64,000 nt of DNA. Source: an uncultured Bacteroidota bacterium. Lineage in GTDB: Bacteria; Bacteroidota; Ignavibacteria; UBA10030; UBA8401. Below the pieces are notes generated by a model, which had not been told where the DNA came from, did no database searches, and saw nothing but the letters and a program-made list of their open reading frames with translations. The first letter of the stretch is position 1; every line of letters begins with the position of its first letter. The position numbers were made by a program, and so were the translations under genes. Shown here piece by piece: positions 19,726 through 28,616 of this stretch. The DNA is taken from assembly GCA_937920105.1 (NCBI GenBank), contig CALETH010000070.1, positions 7,483 to 71,482 on the forward strand. The letters are read 5' to 3'.

Positions 19726-20766
19726 TTACTTTTTATTGATCTGCAATTTGTTTATTAGCTTCTTTTCTGTTTTTTGTAGTCGTTCTTGTACCATCTCCTG
19801 TGTAAACCCTAAATAATGTCTTCGTGAGACCTCCGAGGTGTGTCCTAGTAGTTTTTGGTTCGTAGCTTCAGGAATGCCGCTATCAGCGAGATAACTAGCA
19901 AACGTGCTTCTAAGACTATGCAAAGAAGCGTTTTTAATGTTAGCAAGACGAAACATTTCTGTAAAACTTTTACTGATGTTATCTCTACTACCAGAAAATG
20001 GTGTAACTTCATATTTTCTTCCTAGTAATAATTTTTTAATCTCTTCTCCCATTGGAACAATTCTTATTTTTTTTGTTTTTGTTTTGCGAAAGATAATTGT
20101 ATTTTTTTGAAAATCAATATCATCCCAGTTTAGATTTAAGGCTTCACTAAGTCTACAACCGGTTAACAAATAAAAAATAAATAAAGGTATAAGAGTTGAT
20201 TTATTTTGTTGAATAGTTTTATATAGTAATTCTATTTCTTTTATTGTGAGAACTCTTGGCAGTGGAAGTTCAATAGAAAGGCGTTTAATGTTGAGGAATG
20301 GATTTTCTTCAATATATTTCCATCTTAGGGCAGTGTTAAAAATAGCTTTTAGTCCACGTATGTACCAATTAACACCATTTGCTGTCATCGTAGGTGTAAT
20401 TTGAGTAATAAAAAAATCAGCTTTTGCTACAGTGATATCGTTGAGATATTCTGGGTGTAAAACGGTTTTTAATTTTTTTAAGATATATTTTTCGTTTGAT
20501 AATTGACCTTGACTTTTTCTTACCTTGACATAGTTTAAATATTCCTCGGCGAATTGTTCAAATACTATTTTTTTAGGTTTCTTTTTTATTCCAAAAATTC
20601 CTAATGAAATTTCGGCATCTACTTTTTTTTGAATAAGGCGAGCTTCAGCAGGTATTCTTCCTTTTTCAGGATTTATTTTAAGTGATTTTCTTTGACGTTT
20701 GCCAAATTGGTCAGTATAGTCTAAATATACTTTATTTGATTTTTTATCAATGTAGAGGCGAGACAT
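19726..20766 (-). CDS. Tyrosine-type phage integrase
   Basis: C-terminal catalytic region ...LHSLRSTFASYLADSGIPEATNQKLLGHTSEVSRRHYLGF shows the R...HxxR...Y pattern. It sits adjacent to tRNA/att. Confidence 0.85.
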   Translation of the reverse strand: MSRLYIDKKSNKVYLDYTDQFGKRQRKSLKINPEKGRIPAEARLIQKKVDAEISLGIFGIKKKPKKIVFEQFAEEYLNYVKVRKSQGQLSNEKYILKKLKTVLHPEYLNDITVAKADFFITQITPTMTANGVNWYIRGLKAIFNTALRWKYIEENPFLNIKRLSIELPLPRVLTIKEIELLYKTIQQNKSTLIPLFIFYLLTGCRLSEALNLNWDDIDFQKNTIIFRKTKTKKIRIVPMGEEIKKLLLGRKYEVTPFSGSRDNISKSFTEMFRLANIKNASLHSLRSTFASYLADSGIPEATNQKLLGHTSEVSRRHYLGFTQEMVQERLQKTEKKLINKLQINKK

Positions 20767-20803
20767 GTGTGTAAAAAGTTTTAGTAATCTTGATATAGAA
20801 TAA

Positions 20804-21418
20804 TTACTTTTTCTTTATGTAAACTTTTTTCCCTTTAGAATTATAATAATATTTTCCTCCCTTGGGACCAGTATAAATTGTTTTATCATTATAATTGTAT
20901 TGAGTGGATTTTACTTTTTTCTTTGATGTGATAGGTTTATTTTTTTTTGAGTGTCTGAACTCCCATGGAGGTGTAGGGTTTTTATCGGCCCATAAACCTA
21001 ATTTTTTAGTTTTTGCTTCTTCTTCAAGTTTTTGTAATTTTTCACTTTTTGAATATTGTTTATACTGCCAAGCTAATCCTGCTTTGACAAGTTCTTCATT
21101 TAGAATACTTTTGTCCGGTAATATCACTGTTCCAACAATTCTCCCATACCTATCTGTATTTGCTATTTTTACGGTTACACGTTTACCATAGCATAAGTCA
21201 GAAGTAAATTGTTTTGCTTTTGTTCCATAATCTTGTTTTTTTTCGGGGCAGTCAACTTCGTGGAGGCGAATAGTAATGGGTTCTTTATTGTCAGTAAGAA
21301 TTTCTATAGTATCTCCATCTTTTACACCGATAACTTTTCCTACAATAGTTTTTGCAGATAAAAGAAGGTTTGTAGAGAGAAGTAAAATCCAAAGGAAGAA
21401 TAGTTTTTTTCTTTTCAT
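20804..21418 (-). CDS. Secreted thermonuclease (SNase-fold) with lysine-rich C-terminal tail
   Basis: GDTIEI...RLHEVDCPE...YGRIVG...ELVKAGLAWQYKQY are SNase motifs. Signal peptide MKRKKLFFLWILLLS. The C-terminus PKGGKYYYNSKGKKVYIKKK is strongly basic. Confidence 0.7.
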   Translation of the reverse strand: MKRKKLFFLWILLLSTNLLLSAKTIVGKVIGVKDGDTIEILTDNKEPITIRLHEVDCPEKKQDYGTKAKQFTSDLCYGKRVTVKIANTDRYGRIVGTVILPDKSILNEELVKAGLAWQYKQYSKSEKLQKLEEEAKTKKLGLWADKNPTPPWEFRHSKKNKPITSKKKVKSTQYNYNDKTIYTGPKGGKYYYNSKGKKVYIKKK

Positions 21419-21837
21419 AAAGTTATTTTTTTCAATTCGTAATCTAATCGTATTTTTGCCAACCATGGAGAAACATTATAACGCTCTACCAATGTAGTAA
21501 TAGTATCATCTTCTATCACTGCTTCAATACGAACAAGGGAGGCAAAGAGACTAGCGTTTATTTCATCTCGTTTAATAAAAATTTCGTTTGGAGTATTACA
21601 ACTTTTGAAATGATGAAAAAGTTCATGCCAGCCCCAATCTCTTCGCTCTGCATAAGGAAGAGACTCATTTAAAACTATAAATTTATATAACCCAACTTTT
21701 GCATAAAAGCCGTTAATACCATCCCGGAGTTTTTCTTTTATACTAATTATTTCTTCGTCCGCACAAATTTTTTTATAGTTTAATTTTTTACCATACTTTT
21801 TTTGAAGTTCCTTAAGGAGAAGTTCTGCAGTTAACAT
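21415..21837 (-). CDS. ImmA/IrrE-family (DUF955-like) metallopeptidase-like protein
   Basis: HELFHH (HExxH) motif. It sits immediately downstream of, and overlapping, the HTH repressor genes. Confidence 0.5.
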   Translation of the reverse strand: MLTAELLLKELQKKYGKKLNYKKICADEEIISIKEKLRDGINGFYAKVGLYKFIVLNESLPYAERRDWGWHELFHHFKSCNTPNEIFIKRDEINASLFASLVRIEAVIEDDTITTLVERYNVSPWLAKIRLDYELKKITL

Positions 21838-22207
21838 TGTGTTGTAACAATTTTCTTAAAGTTATTTCTGCTTCCTCCATGTTAGCAGGGTTTATGTTGC
21901 GAAAAGCTTCTAATACTTTTCTTATAGCGGCAATATTAGTATTGTGATTGCTAGAAAAGTTAATTTGTATCGGTGAATCAGGGTCTTGTTTTTTTCCAGT
22001 AATGAGCCATTGAATATCACAGTCCTCTAAAGCAAGTGGTATCATTAAATCCACAGGATTAAATTCACCGGAAAAATATTTATTAACCCATTGTGGTTGA
22101 ATGTTCATTTTTTCTGCGAATTCTTTTTTTGTTTTATAACCTTTACTACAAAAAAATTCGTAGAGTCTCTTGCCTCGTTCACTGTATGGGTATTTTTTAT
22201 CATCCAT
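21812..22207 (-). CDS. XRE/CI-like HTH repressor (paralogue 1)
   Basis: HTH KKEFAEKMNIQPQWVNKYFSGE followed by a DIQWLITGK motif. The C-terminal region is similar to the neighbouring paralogue. Confidence 0.55.
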   Translation of the reverse strand: MDDKKYPYSERGKRLYEFFCSKGYKTKKEFAEKMNIQPQWVNKYFSGEFNPVDLMIPLALEDCDIQWLITGKKQDPDSPIQINFSSNHNTNIAAIRKVLEAFRNINPANMEEAEITLRKLLQHNVNCRTSP

Positions 22208-22608
22208 TATTGTTGGATTTTAGCATCATCTCTTAACATTCTACGAAGCATTTGTTCTGCAAGTTCTACATCTTTTGGATTAGCTTCTAATAACATATCT
22301 AATATGTTTCTAACGGCTTTTATATTTTTAGGATTCACATCGTTTAAAGAAAAGCTTACTTGATTTTCTAAAAGTTTTTTTTCCTCCTTACTTTTTCCCG
22401 TCATTAGCCATTCTATATCACAACCAAGTTCTCGAAGTTTTTGTTGTAATTTATTCCCAGGTATTCTATCACCAGAAAGGTATAATTGCAGATTACCCTG
22501 AGTTATGCCTAACTCTTCAGCATATTTTTTTTTCCAACCAAAATCGGGCCCAAAAGTTAATAGACCGAACTCATGTAATCTTTTAGCTATTTCTTTGTTT
22601 TTTTGCAT
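22207..22608 (-). CDS. XRE/CI-like HTH repressor (paralogue 2)
   Basis: HTH ...YAEELGITQGNLQLYLSGD and a DIEWLMTGK motif. It is a tandem paralogue of 21812-22207. Confidence 0.55.
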   Translation of the reverse strand: MQKNKEIAKRLHEFGLLTFGPDFGWKKKYAEELGITQGNLQLYLSGDRIPGNKLQQKLRELGCDIEWLMTGKSKEEKKLLENQVSFSLNDVNPKNIKAVRNILDMLLEANPKDVELAEQMLRRMLRDDAKIQQ

Positions 22609-22626
22609 TTAGATATTTTTTCATTT

Positions 22627-22671
22627 TGTAGTATTTTTTACTTGACAAATACTACAAATGTAGTTATATTG
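22627..22671 (+). promoter_or_regulatory. Divergent switch region: sigma70-like promoter (TTGACA-17-TATATT) with three TGTAGTA operator half-sites
   Basis: TGTAGTA at 22627, inverted TACTACA at 22650 and TGTAGTT at 22659. -35 TTGACA at 22642-22647 and -10 TATATT at 22665-22670. Confidence 0.45.
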
Positions 22672-22723
22672 ATACAGGTTAAAATTATAAGTATCTAATA
22701 AAAATTAATCGAATAAAAAATCT

Positions 22724-22954
22724 ATGAAAGAGCAGCAAGAAAAGCAAATAGACCAGTTTGAAGTTTTTGTGCGTATAAAAAGGCTTAAAATTAGCCAAGG
22801 AATCATTGCAAAACGTTTAAAACGTAGCCAAGGTGCCATTTCCCAAGCCCTCAATGGAAATAACATAACATTGCTTACTCGTATTGATAGATATGTATGT
22901 TGGTTAGAACGACGCAAACAAAATAAAAATTCTAACATTACACTGGTTGCATAA
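22724..22954 (+). CDS. Cro-like small HTH regulator
   Basis: Small basic protein with an HTH-like ISQGIIAKRLKRSQGAISQAL. It is divergent from the repressors. Confidence 0.45.
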   Translation: MKEQQEKQIDQFEVFVRIKRLKISQGIIAKRLKRSQGAISQALNGNNITLLTRIDRYVCWLERRKQNKNSNITLVA

Positions 22955-22968
22955 AAAAAGGAAAAAAT

Positions 22969-23427
22969 ATGCACTTCTTTAATCGAAACGCACAACGCCT
23001 TTGTGAAGACCTACGAGCAAGAATTCTTATAGTGATGCAAGAACATAACATTACACAAGAAATGTTGGCAGAGGCATTAGGAGTACATCAATCAACAATT
23101 TCACGGTGGTTGTCATACGAAGGAGATATTCATTTTCCGGCAGCATTAACATCACTTTTAAAGTCAGAAAAATTATACCCGGTGGCATTAGAGATTATTC
23201 GTTTTCAAGCCGAACAATTGGAATTAATTGTACATAAGAATGTTTCCTATAAACATATTTTGGATGGTTCTCTTAATGATGAAGCATTAGGAATAGTGGA
23301 GCATATCGGCAAAGTTGTTTCTCATGCCAGAGAAGGAAAAACTAAAGTACGTCAATGTAGAGCAGAACTTGAAAAAATTAAAGACTTGGTAGATAGAGCA
23401 TTACAAGAAATAAAAACAATGGTGTAA
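22969..23427 (+). CDS. HTH (XRE-like) early regulatory protein
   Basis: ITQEMLAEALGVHQSTISRWL HTH. Confidence 0.45.
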   Translation: MHFFNRNAQRLCEDLRARILIVMQEHNITQEMLAEALGVHQSTISRWLSYEGDIHFPAALTSLLKSEKLYPVALEIIRFQAEQLELIVHKNVSYKHILDGSLNDEALGIVEHIGKVVSHAREGKTKVRQCRAELEKIKDLVDRALQEIKTMV

Positions 23428-23444
23428 AGTTTCCGTAGCAGTAT

Positions 23445-23708
23445 ATGAATAATAATAATGTATTAATGCGGCGAGCAAAAAATTATAACGAGTTTTCACT
23501 TGTTACTGTGAATGAACTTGCTCGAATTATGAATGTTAATAAATCTTATGTAAGCAATTTGTTATATCAGTTCAGAGTATTTGGAACAAATGTTGGCACT
23601 CACAAAAAATATTTATTAAAACATGTTTTGAATGCAGTAGAAGAAAAAATTCATGTAGAAAATGCAGAGGCAGAAAAAATTTTATCTCACATTTTAGATA
23701 AGGAATAG
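23445..23708 (+). CDS. Hypothetical early protein
   Basis: ORF with start context only. Confidence 0.3.
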   Translation: MNNNNVLMRRAKNYNEFSLVTVNELARIMNVNKSYVSNLLYQFRVFGTNVGTHKKYLLKHVLNAVEEKIHVENAEAEKILSHILDKE

Positions 23709-24053
23709 TAAAAGAGGTGTTGTATGTCTATAGGAATTTTTATTGTTGTTATAGTGATAATGATATGTTTTATGATTCGTTTTTTTGTCTTTCTTAAAAT
23801 GAAAGATAGGCAAATGCGAAAAAGTTTGTGGGAATTAGTTGAGAAAAAATATTTTCGTGATGAAGAATGAAACCATTTTTTAAAGAAGTAGAATTTTATC
23901 AAAACAAAATAAAGTTTTTACAAATTCGAAAAAAACTACAACTATATCGGTTTATACCAATAGAGGATTGTGTATTTCAGAAAATAAATATGAAAAGGTT
24001 TAAGGATATGTCAAAGCAGATAGTAAAAATGAAAATGTATTTTAACTAAATAA

Positions 24054-24145
24054 CCGAACGGCACCCGGTGTAAGAGTGCCACACCGCCAACATTGGTTCT
24101 GAGCTTCTTGACCAGAAGAAGCATACAGAACCTTAATGTTGGTAT
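24054..24145 (+). other. GC-rich, highly structured element (nested 56-nt hairpin plus upstream stem-loop); candidate phage regulatory RNA or nut-like site
   Basis: Visibly GC-rich island in AT-rich DNA. Nested perfect stems ccaacatt/aatgttgg, ggttctg/cagaacc and gcttctt/aagaagc at 24087-24142. An upstream ggcac...gtgcc stem is also present. Confidence 0.35.
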
Positions 24146-24176
24146 AACGACATAACACAATCACGGAGAGAGCATT

Positions 24177-25130
24177 ATGTCAGCAACAATCTATGAAAAA
24201 AGCTTCATACCTACAAAAGATATGGAGAAAACCGAATGGCTGAAAGTTCGTAAGAACTTTATCGGCGCCAGCGAAGCCGGAGCAATATTGGGCTTCAATC
24301 CTTTCAAAACAGCATACGATGTATGGGTAGAAAAAACATCGGATGACCTTCCTAAAGAACTCACTGGTGATGCAATTGAGTTTGGTTTAAAACTTGAACC
24401 AATCATTGCAGAAACTTTTGAGGAACGAACAAAAAGAAAAGTTTTACGTGATAATAAAATTCGCATTTCAGAGCGAATACCTTTTCTTTCGTGTTCATTA
24501 GACCGCATGATTTTACCTCTTAATGGTGAAGGACGTGGTGTACTAGAAATCAAAACAGTTTCAAGTTCCGCTCGTCAATATTGGGAAGATAAAATCCCTC
24601 TTAATTACTTCGCTCAAATTCAACAGCAATTATTTGTTACCGGTTTGCAGTATGGTTTTTTTGCAATTCTTGTTGATGGTCGTTATTTCGAAACTATAGA
24701 AATAAAGAAAGATGATGACTACATCCATCAACAGAATGAGAAACTTACAAAATTTTGGAATGACCATATTCTCACAAAAATTCCACCAGAGAAAGTTGTT
24801 AAAGATTTAGAAACTATAGAAAGTAACAACGATGCTTTTGTGGAAGCAACCGAAGAATTAGTATCGACTCATGCAAAACTTATTGAAATTAAAAAAGTCA
24901 TGAAACAATATGAGGAGCAAGAAGAAAAATTATCCGACATACTCAAACTTGCAATGGGAGAAAAAGGACTTCTTAAATTTCAAGGAATAACACTTGCTAC
25001 GTGGAAAAAGTCTGCAGATGGTGTAAAGATTGATGAAAAAAAATTCAAAGAAGCCAATCCGGAAATGTATAAAGCGTATAGTATTCCCAAACCCGGTGTG
25101 AGAAGATTTTTAGTGAAAGGAGGAGAATAA
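24177..25130 (+). CDS. YqaJ-like phage exonuclease (PD-(D/E)XK)
   Basis: IGASEAGAILGFNPFKTAYDVW ... DRMILPLNGEGRGVLEIKT are YqaJ hallmarks. Confidence 0.7.
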   Translation: MSATIYEKSFIPTKDMEKTEWLKVRKNFIGASEAGAILGFNPFKTAYDVWVEKTSDDLPKELTGDAIEFGLKLEPIIAETFEERTKRKVLRDNKIRISERIPFLSCSLDRMILPLNGEGRGVLEIKTVSSSARQYWEDKIPLNYFAQIQQQLFVTGLQYGFFAILVDGRYFETIEIKKDDDYIHQQNEKLTKFWNDHILTKIPPEKVVKDLETIESNNDAFVEATEELVSTHAKLIEIKKVMKQYEEQEEKLSDILKLAMGEKGLLKFQGITLATWKKSADGVKIDEKKFKEANPEMYKAYSIPKPGVRRFLVKGGE

Positions 25131-25131
25131 T

Positions 25132-26166
25132 ATGAGTATCGCAGAAAAAGCAAAAAACGCAATTGCTGGAAATAAAGAACAATTGGAAAATGCTTTGCAA
25201 GAATTACCATCTCTTCCAGCGGGAATGATGCAGACTAAAACCGGTTATGTTACTGCCGTACAAGTAATACGTCCACGTGTATTGCCGGAAGTAGAGCGGA
25301 GAGTGCTAGAAGAGGCATCAATAGCTGGCGATGATTTTTATTATTCATGGCAACAAGGAGGAGAAACTATTGAAGGACTTTCTGTTGGTGCAGCGTTAGC
25401 AATGGTTCGAAATTTTGGAAACTGTGCCGTTGATGTAAAAGTTGAAGAGCAACCATTCTCCTATATCTTCAGTGCAACATTTATTGATTTGGAAACCGGA
25501 TTTAATCTTACCAGAACATTTAGACAAAACAAACAATCCCCAAAAAGTAAAAGTGGAAAAGATATCTATAAAGGAGAGAGAGGTATTGATATTGTTTTTC
25601 AAATCGGACAATCAAAAGCAATACGAAATGTTGTATTGAATGCAGTACCTAATTGGCTTTCAAAAAAAGTTATTATGAAATCAAAGGACAAAATTATTAA
25701 TCAAATCAAGGAAATGGGTATACCAAAAGCTTCGCAAAAGATTATCGACAAAGCAAAAAAACTTGGTATTCCTATTGAAAATATTCAAGCGATTTTTGGT
25801 AAGACATGGGACGTTGAACATATAGTTCAAATTTCTTCTGCGTTGCGAGCTATTGAGGACGGTGTTGAAAATGCTAGTGATAGATTTCCGGATGTTGCCC
25901 ATCCAGAACAACAGCCAGAACCGCCAAATACTGATTCTGGTAATAAGGAAAATCCTACTATTGAAGATACACCACCTGTTAATCCGATTATTGCGGCGAG
26001 TAATAAAATCAAAGAAGCATATTATACAGATATAAGAAAAACAAAAACGGAAAAACAAAAAACATTTATTACTCAAAACATAGATAGAGATTTTTCTTCC
26101 GGAAATTTAACGGAAGAAGATTATAACGATTTGAAAAAACTTCTTTCTCTATTACAAACAAAATAA
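25132..26166 (+). CDS. Putative single-strand annealing protein (RecT-like) partner of YqaJ
   Basis: Position immediately after yqaJ with a 1-nt gap. Loose RecT-like motifs (GNCAVDV, QSKAIRNVVLNAVP). Confidence 0.4.
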   Translation: MSIAEKAKNAIAGNKEQLENALQELPSLPAGMMQTKTGYVTAVQVIRPRVLPEVERRVLEEASIAGDDFYYSWQQGGETIEGLSVGAALAMVRNFGNCAVDVKVEEQPFSYIFSATFIDLETGFNLTRTFRQNKQSPKSKSGKDIYKGERGIDIVFQIGQSKAIRNVVLNAVPNWLSKKVIMKSKDKIINQIKEMGIPKASQKIIDKAKKLGIPIENIQAIFGKTWDVEHIVQISSALRAIEDGVENASDRFPDVAHPEQQPEPPNTDSGNKENPTIEDTPPVNPIIAASNKIKEAYYTDIRKTKTEKQKTFITQNIDRDFSSGNLTEEDYNDLKKLLSLLQTK

Positions 26167-26248
26167 CAACAGAAATGGCACGTAACGTTCTTATAAAGTG
26201 CGTAGGTAAGTTTCAAAGTTTTTGCGTGCCATTTTAATTTTAATCTAT

Positions 26249-26635
26249 ATGACAAAAGATATTTTTACAGGAAAAATTTGTCCCTATTGCTTAAAAGGAA
26301 CTGAATTTGTTGAGAGTTCTATTATCTATGGAAAAAATTATGGGATGATATATTTGTGTAAGTCTTGTGATGCGTATGTGGGTGTACACAAAGGTACGAA
26401 TAAATCTTTAGGCAGACTTGCGAATGCTGAATTACGAAAGTGGAAAATTTTAGCACACAAATATTTTGACAAACTCTATAAGAGCAGTAATAGATTTAAC
26501 TCTCGTAAAGAAGCGTATCAGTGGCTTTCTAAAATAATGCAAGTAGATAAGGAATATGCTCATATAGCAATGTTTGATGTAAAACAATGTAAGAAATTAA
26601 TTTCGCTGTGCGAAAAATTAACTAGCAGTTTTTAA
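26249..26635 (+). CDS. Hypothetical Zn-ribbon protein
   Basis: CPYC...CKSCDAY cysteine pairs. ATG at 26249. Confidence 0.35.
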   Translation: MTKDIFTGKICPYCLKGTEFVESSIIYGKNYGMIYLCKSCDAYVGVHKGTNKSLGRLANAELRKWKILAHKYFDKLYKSSNRFNSRKEAYQWLSKIMQVDKEYAHIAMFDVKQCKKLISLCEKLTSSF

Positions 26636-26662
26636 TCACTAACCTAATCAAGGAGCAATACC

Positions 26663-26929
26663 ATGCAAACTAAATTTCATTTAGGACAAGAAGTGTACTG
26701 TAACGGTAAACAGTGCTACATTTCTTCAATGTCGTTGTTACATACCGGTGAAAAACTCATCGTTGTTTATGATACTACGGCGAATTTACCTGATGTTGAT
26801 AATCGTTTTGGAAAAAACGGTAGTTCAATAATGAGAGAAGAAGATATTCTCACTGTTGAAGAATACAAACAAAAAGAAATTGCTCAAGCAAAAGCAGTGT
26901 TGGAAAAAAGCAACACACAAGAAGAGTAA
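26663..26929 (+). CDS. Hypothetical protein
   Basis: ORF with RBS-like aggag upstream. Confidence 0.3.
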   Translation: MQTKFHLGQEVYCNGKQCYISSMSLLHTGEKLIVVYDTTANLPDVDNRFGKNGSSIMREEDILTVEEYKQKEIAQAKAVLEKSNTQEE

Positions 26930-26932
26930 TGT

Positions 26933-27307
26933 ATGGACTACAAACAATTTTTGGTAGAAATAGAAAATATTCATACAGAGTTGAAAAAAAGTATCACCAG
27001 TAATCCTGAAGAAATACAAGAACGATTACGATATGCGATGGTTCAATTAGCCCGCTCTTCGGAATTACAGGCAACGGCAGAAAACGTTCTGAATATGAAG
27101 AAAGGTGAATTTGCTCAACAAAATAAAAATACAGTGATGAAAGAAGTATTGTATAAATCACTTATGAATTATTACTGTTGCGAAGAACTCAACTTTTTTA
27201 CTTCAGCAGAACGGTTAAATAAAACACTGGTGCATTACATCGATGGAGCTCGTTCGTTGCTTTCGTATGAAAAAGAGCAAACAAGACTAGTTTCATCATT
27301 CAAATAA
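26933..27307 (+). CDS. Hypothetical protein
   Basis: ORF tightly packed in the early operon. Confidence 0.3.
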   Translation: MDYKQFLVEIENIHTELKKSITSNPEEIQERLRYAMVQLARSSELQATAENVLNMKKGEFAQQNKNTVMKEVLYKSLMNYYCCEELNFFTSAERLNKTLVHYIDGARSLLSYEKEQTRLVSSFK

Positions 27308-27311
27308 AAAC

Positions 27312-28061
27312 ATGGAAAATCCAAATTACTACGGCATACTTCCGGCAAATGTTCGTTACGATAAAAGAATTTGTCCTAATGCGAAAATACTTTATGCAGA
27401 AATAACAGCACTTACTCAAAAAGAAGGACATTGTTGGGCAACGAACGGTTATTTTGCCAAGCTGTATGATGTTGCACCGTCAACTGTTTCATCATGGATT
27501 GGAGAGTTAAGAGATGCTGGTTATATCACTGTAGAAATAGATTTTAATTATCAACGTCGAATTTTTCTCACCACACCTTCGGGAAATTCTGAAGGGGGGT
27601 ATCAGAAAAACCAGAAGGGGGTATCGGGAAAAAATGATACCCCTTCTGAAAAAGGCGAATGGGGTATCGGAAAATCCTTGAAGGATGTATCGGAAAAAAC
27701 CGAAGCCCTCCCTTCAGAAAAAGCCGAAGAGAATATTATAAATATTAATACTACAAGAGAATATCCAGCTGCTGCTGGAAAAAATTTTGAAAGTGAAAAA
27801 AACATTAAACACAATCTTGAAAACATTTTGCTTCACGAATGGGGAAAGAAAGATGGCAATGTAGGTTATAATATTCTCGTAAAACTTGTTGAACTTGGCA
27901 AAGAATGTGGCTTTGATAGATTGCTGTATGCTATTGAGGAAGCAGCCAAACACAATAAACGTAATTATGCGTACGTAGAAGCAATACTCAAACCAAAAAA
28001 TAAATCTCCCAATCAAGACAACGAATTTCAAAAAGCATTACGATTAACAGAAAAACGATAA
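27312..28061 (+). CDS. Phage replisome organiser / replication initiator (N-terminal winged-HTH)
   Basis: N-terminus YYGILPANVRYDKRICPNAKILYAEITALTQKEGHCWATNGYFAKLYDVAPSTVSSWIGELRDAGYI matches the phage replisome-organiser N-domain. The gene contains iterons. Confidence 0.6.
   Translation: MENPNYYGILPANVRYDKRICPNAKILYAEITALTQKEGHCWATNGYFAKLYDVAPSTVSSWIGELRDAGYITVEIDFNYQRRIFLTTPSGNSEGGYQKNQKGVSGKNDTPSEKGEWGIGKSLKDVSEKTEALPSEKAEENIININTTREYPAAAGKNFESEKNIKHNLENILLHEWGKKDGNVGYNILVKLVELGKECGFDRLLYAIEEAAKHNKRNYAYVEAILKPKNKSPNQDNEFQKALRLTEKR
27580..27730. repeat. Iteron array (putative phage origin) inside the replication-initiator gene
   Basis: Four GGGGTATCGGAAAAA-like repeats at about 27594, 27617, 27661 and 27686. 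An inverted gatacccc and three CTTCTGAAAAAG-like repeats are also present. Confidence 0.5.
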
Positions 28062-28070
28062 GGTGTATTT

Positions 28071-28550
28071 ATGAATAACGAATCTTTCATGCTACGAACA
28101 AAAGAACTTTTTGCTGCATTTGGAAAAAATTTTAATGCGGAAACCGCTGCAAAATATTTCAAGATGTTTAACTATCTCACAGAACAACAATGGAGTAAAA
28201 TATGCGACTGGGCAGAAATAGAACTTGATAATTTTCCCAAGCCAAAAGAATTACACATATATATCAACTCAATAGGATTTGGACAAAAAATTTCTGCTGA
28301 AGAACATAGTATAATTACAATTGTTTGTGTTTGCGGAGGTACTTCTACAATATCAAAAACGAGATTGTTACAAGACAGTAATGAGCCTATATCTTATTAT
28401 TGTCCGATGAATTTTTATGGAAAATGTAATAGAAAAATTAGTGCAAGATTTTTATCTCAATGCACTGTTGAAAGAGATAACTGTATTTATTTAGAAAAAT
28501 ATTTTAAGAAACCGGAACTTGCACTGGCAAAAGGTGTCTACTTTGAATAA
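28071..28550 (+). CDS. Hypothetical Cys-rich protein
   Basis: CVCGG...YYCPMNFYGKC cysteine cluster. Confidence 0.35.
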   Translation: MNNESFMLRTKELFAAFGKNFNAETAAKYFKMFNYLTEQQWSKICDWAEIELDNFPKPKELHIYINSIGFGQKISAEEHSIITIVCVCGGTSTISKTRLLQDSNEPISYYCPMNFYGKCNRKISARFLSQCTVERDNCIYLEKYFKKPELALAKGVYFE

Positions 28551-28616
28551 AAAAATCCGTTTATAGCGGACAATTCACAATTATTTATTAATTAATTTTT
28601 TTAGGAGAATCGCATT

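Noticed and set aside
24054-24145. GC-rich element considered as a tRNA or tmRNA fragment
   Set aside because: No cloverleaf, no T-loop GTTCRA consensus and no acceptor-stem pairing. It folds as one long nested hairpin instead.
27580-27730. Short direct repeats considered as a CRISPR array
   Set aside because: The repeats are about 15 bp, imperfect, irregularly spaced and lie inside a coding gene. There are no cas genes. They fit iterons.
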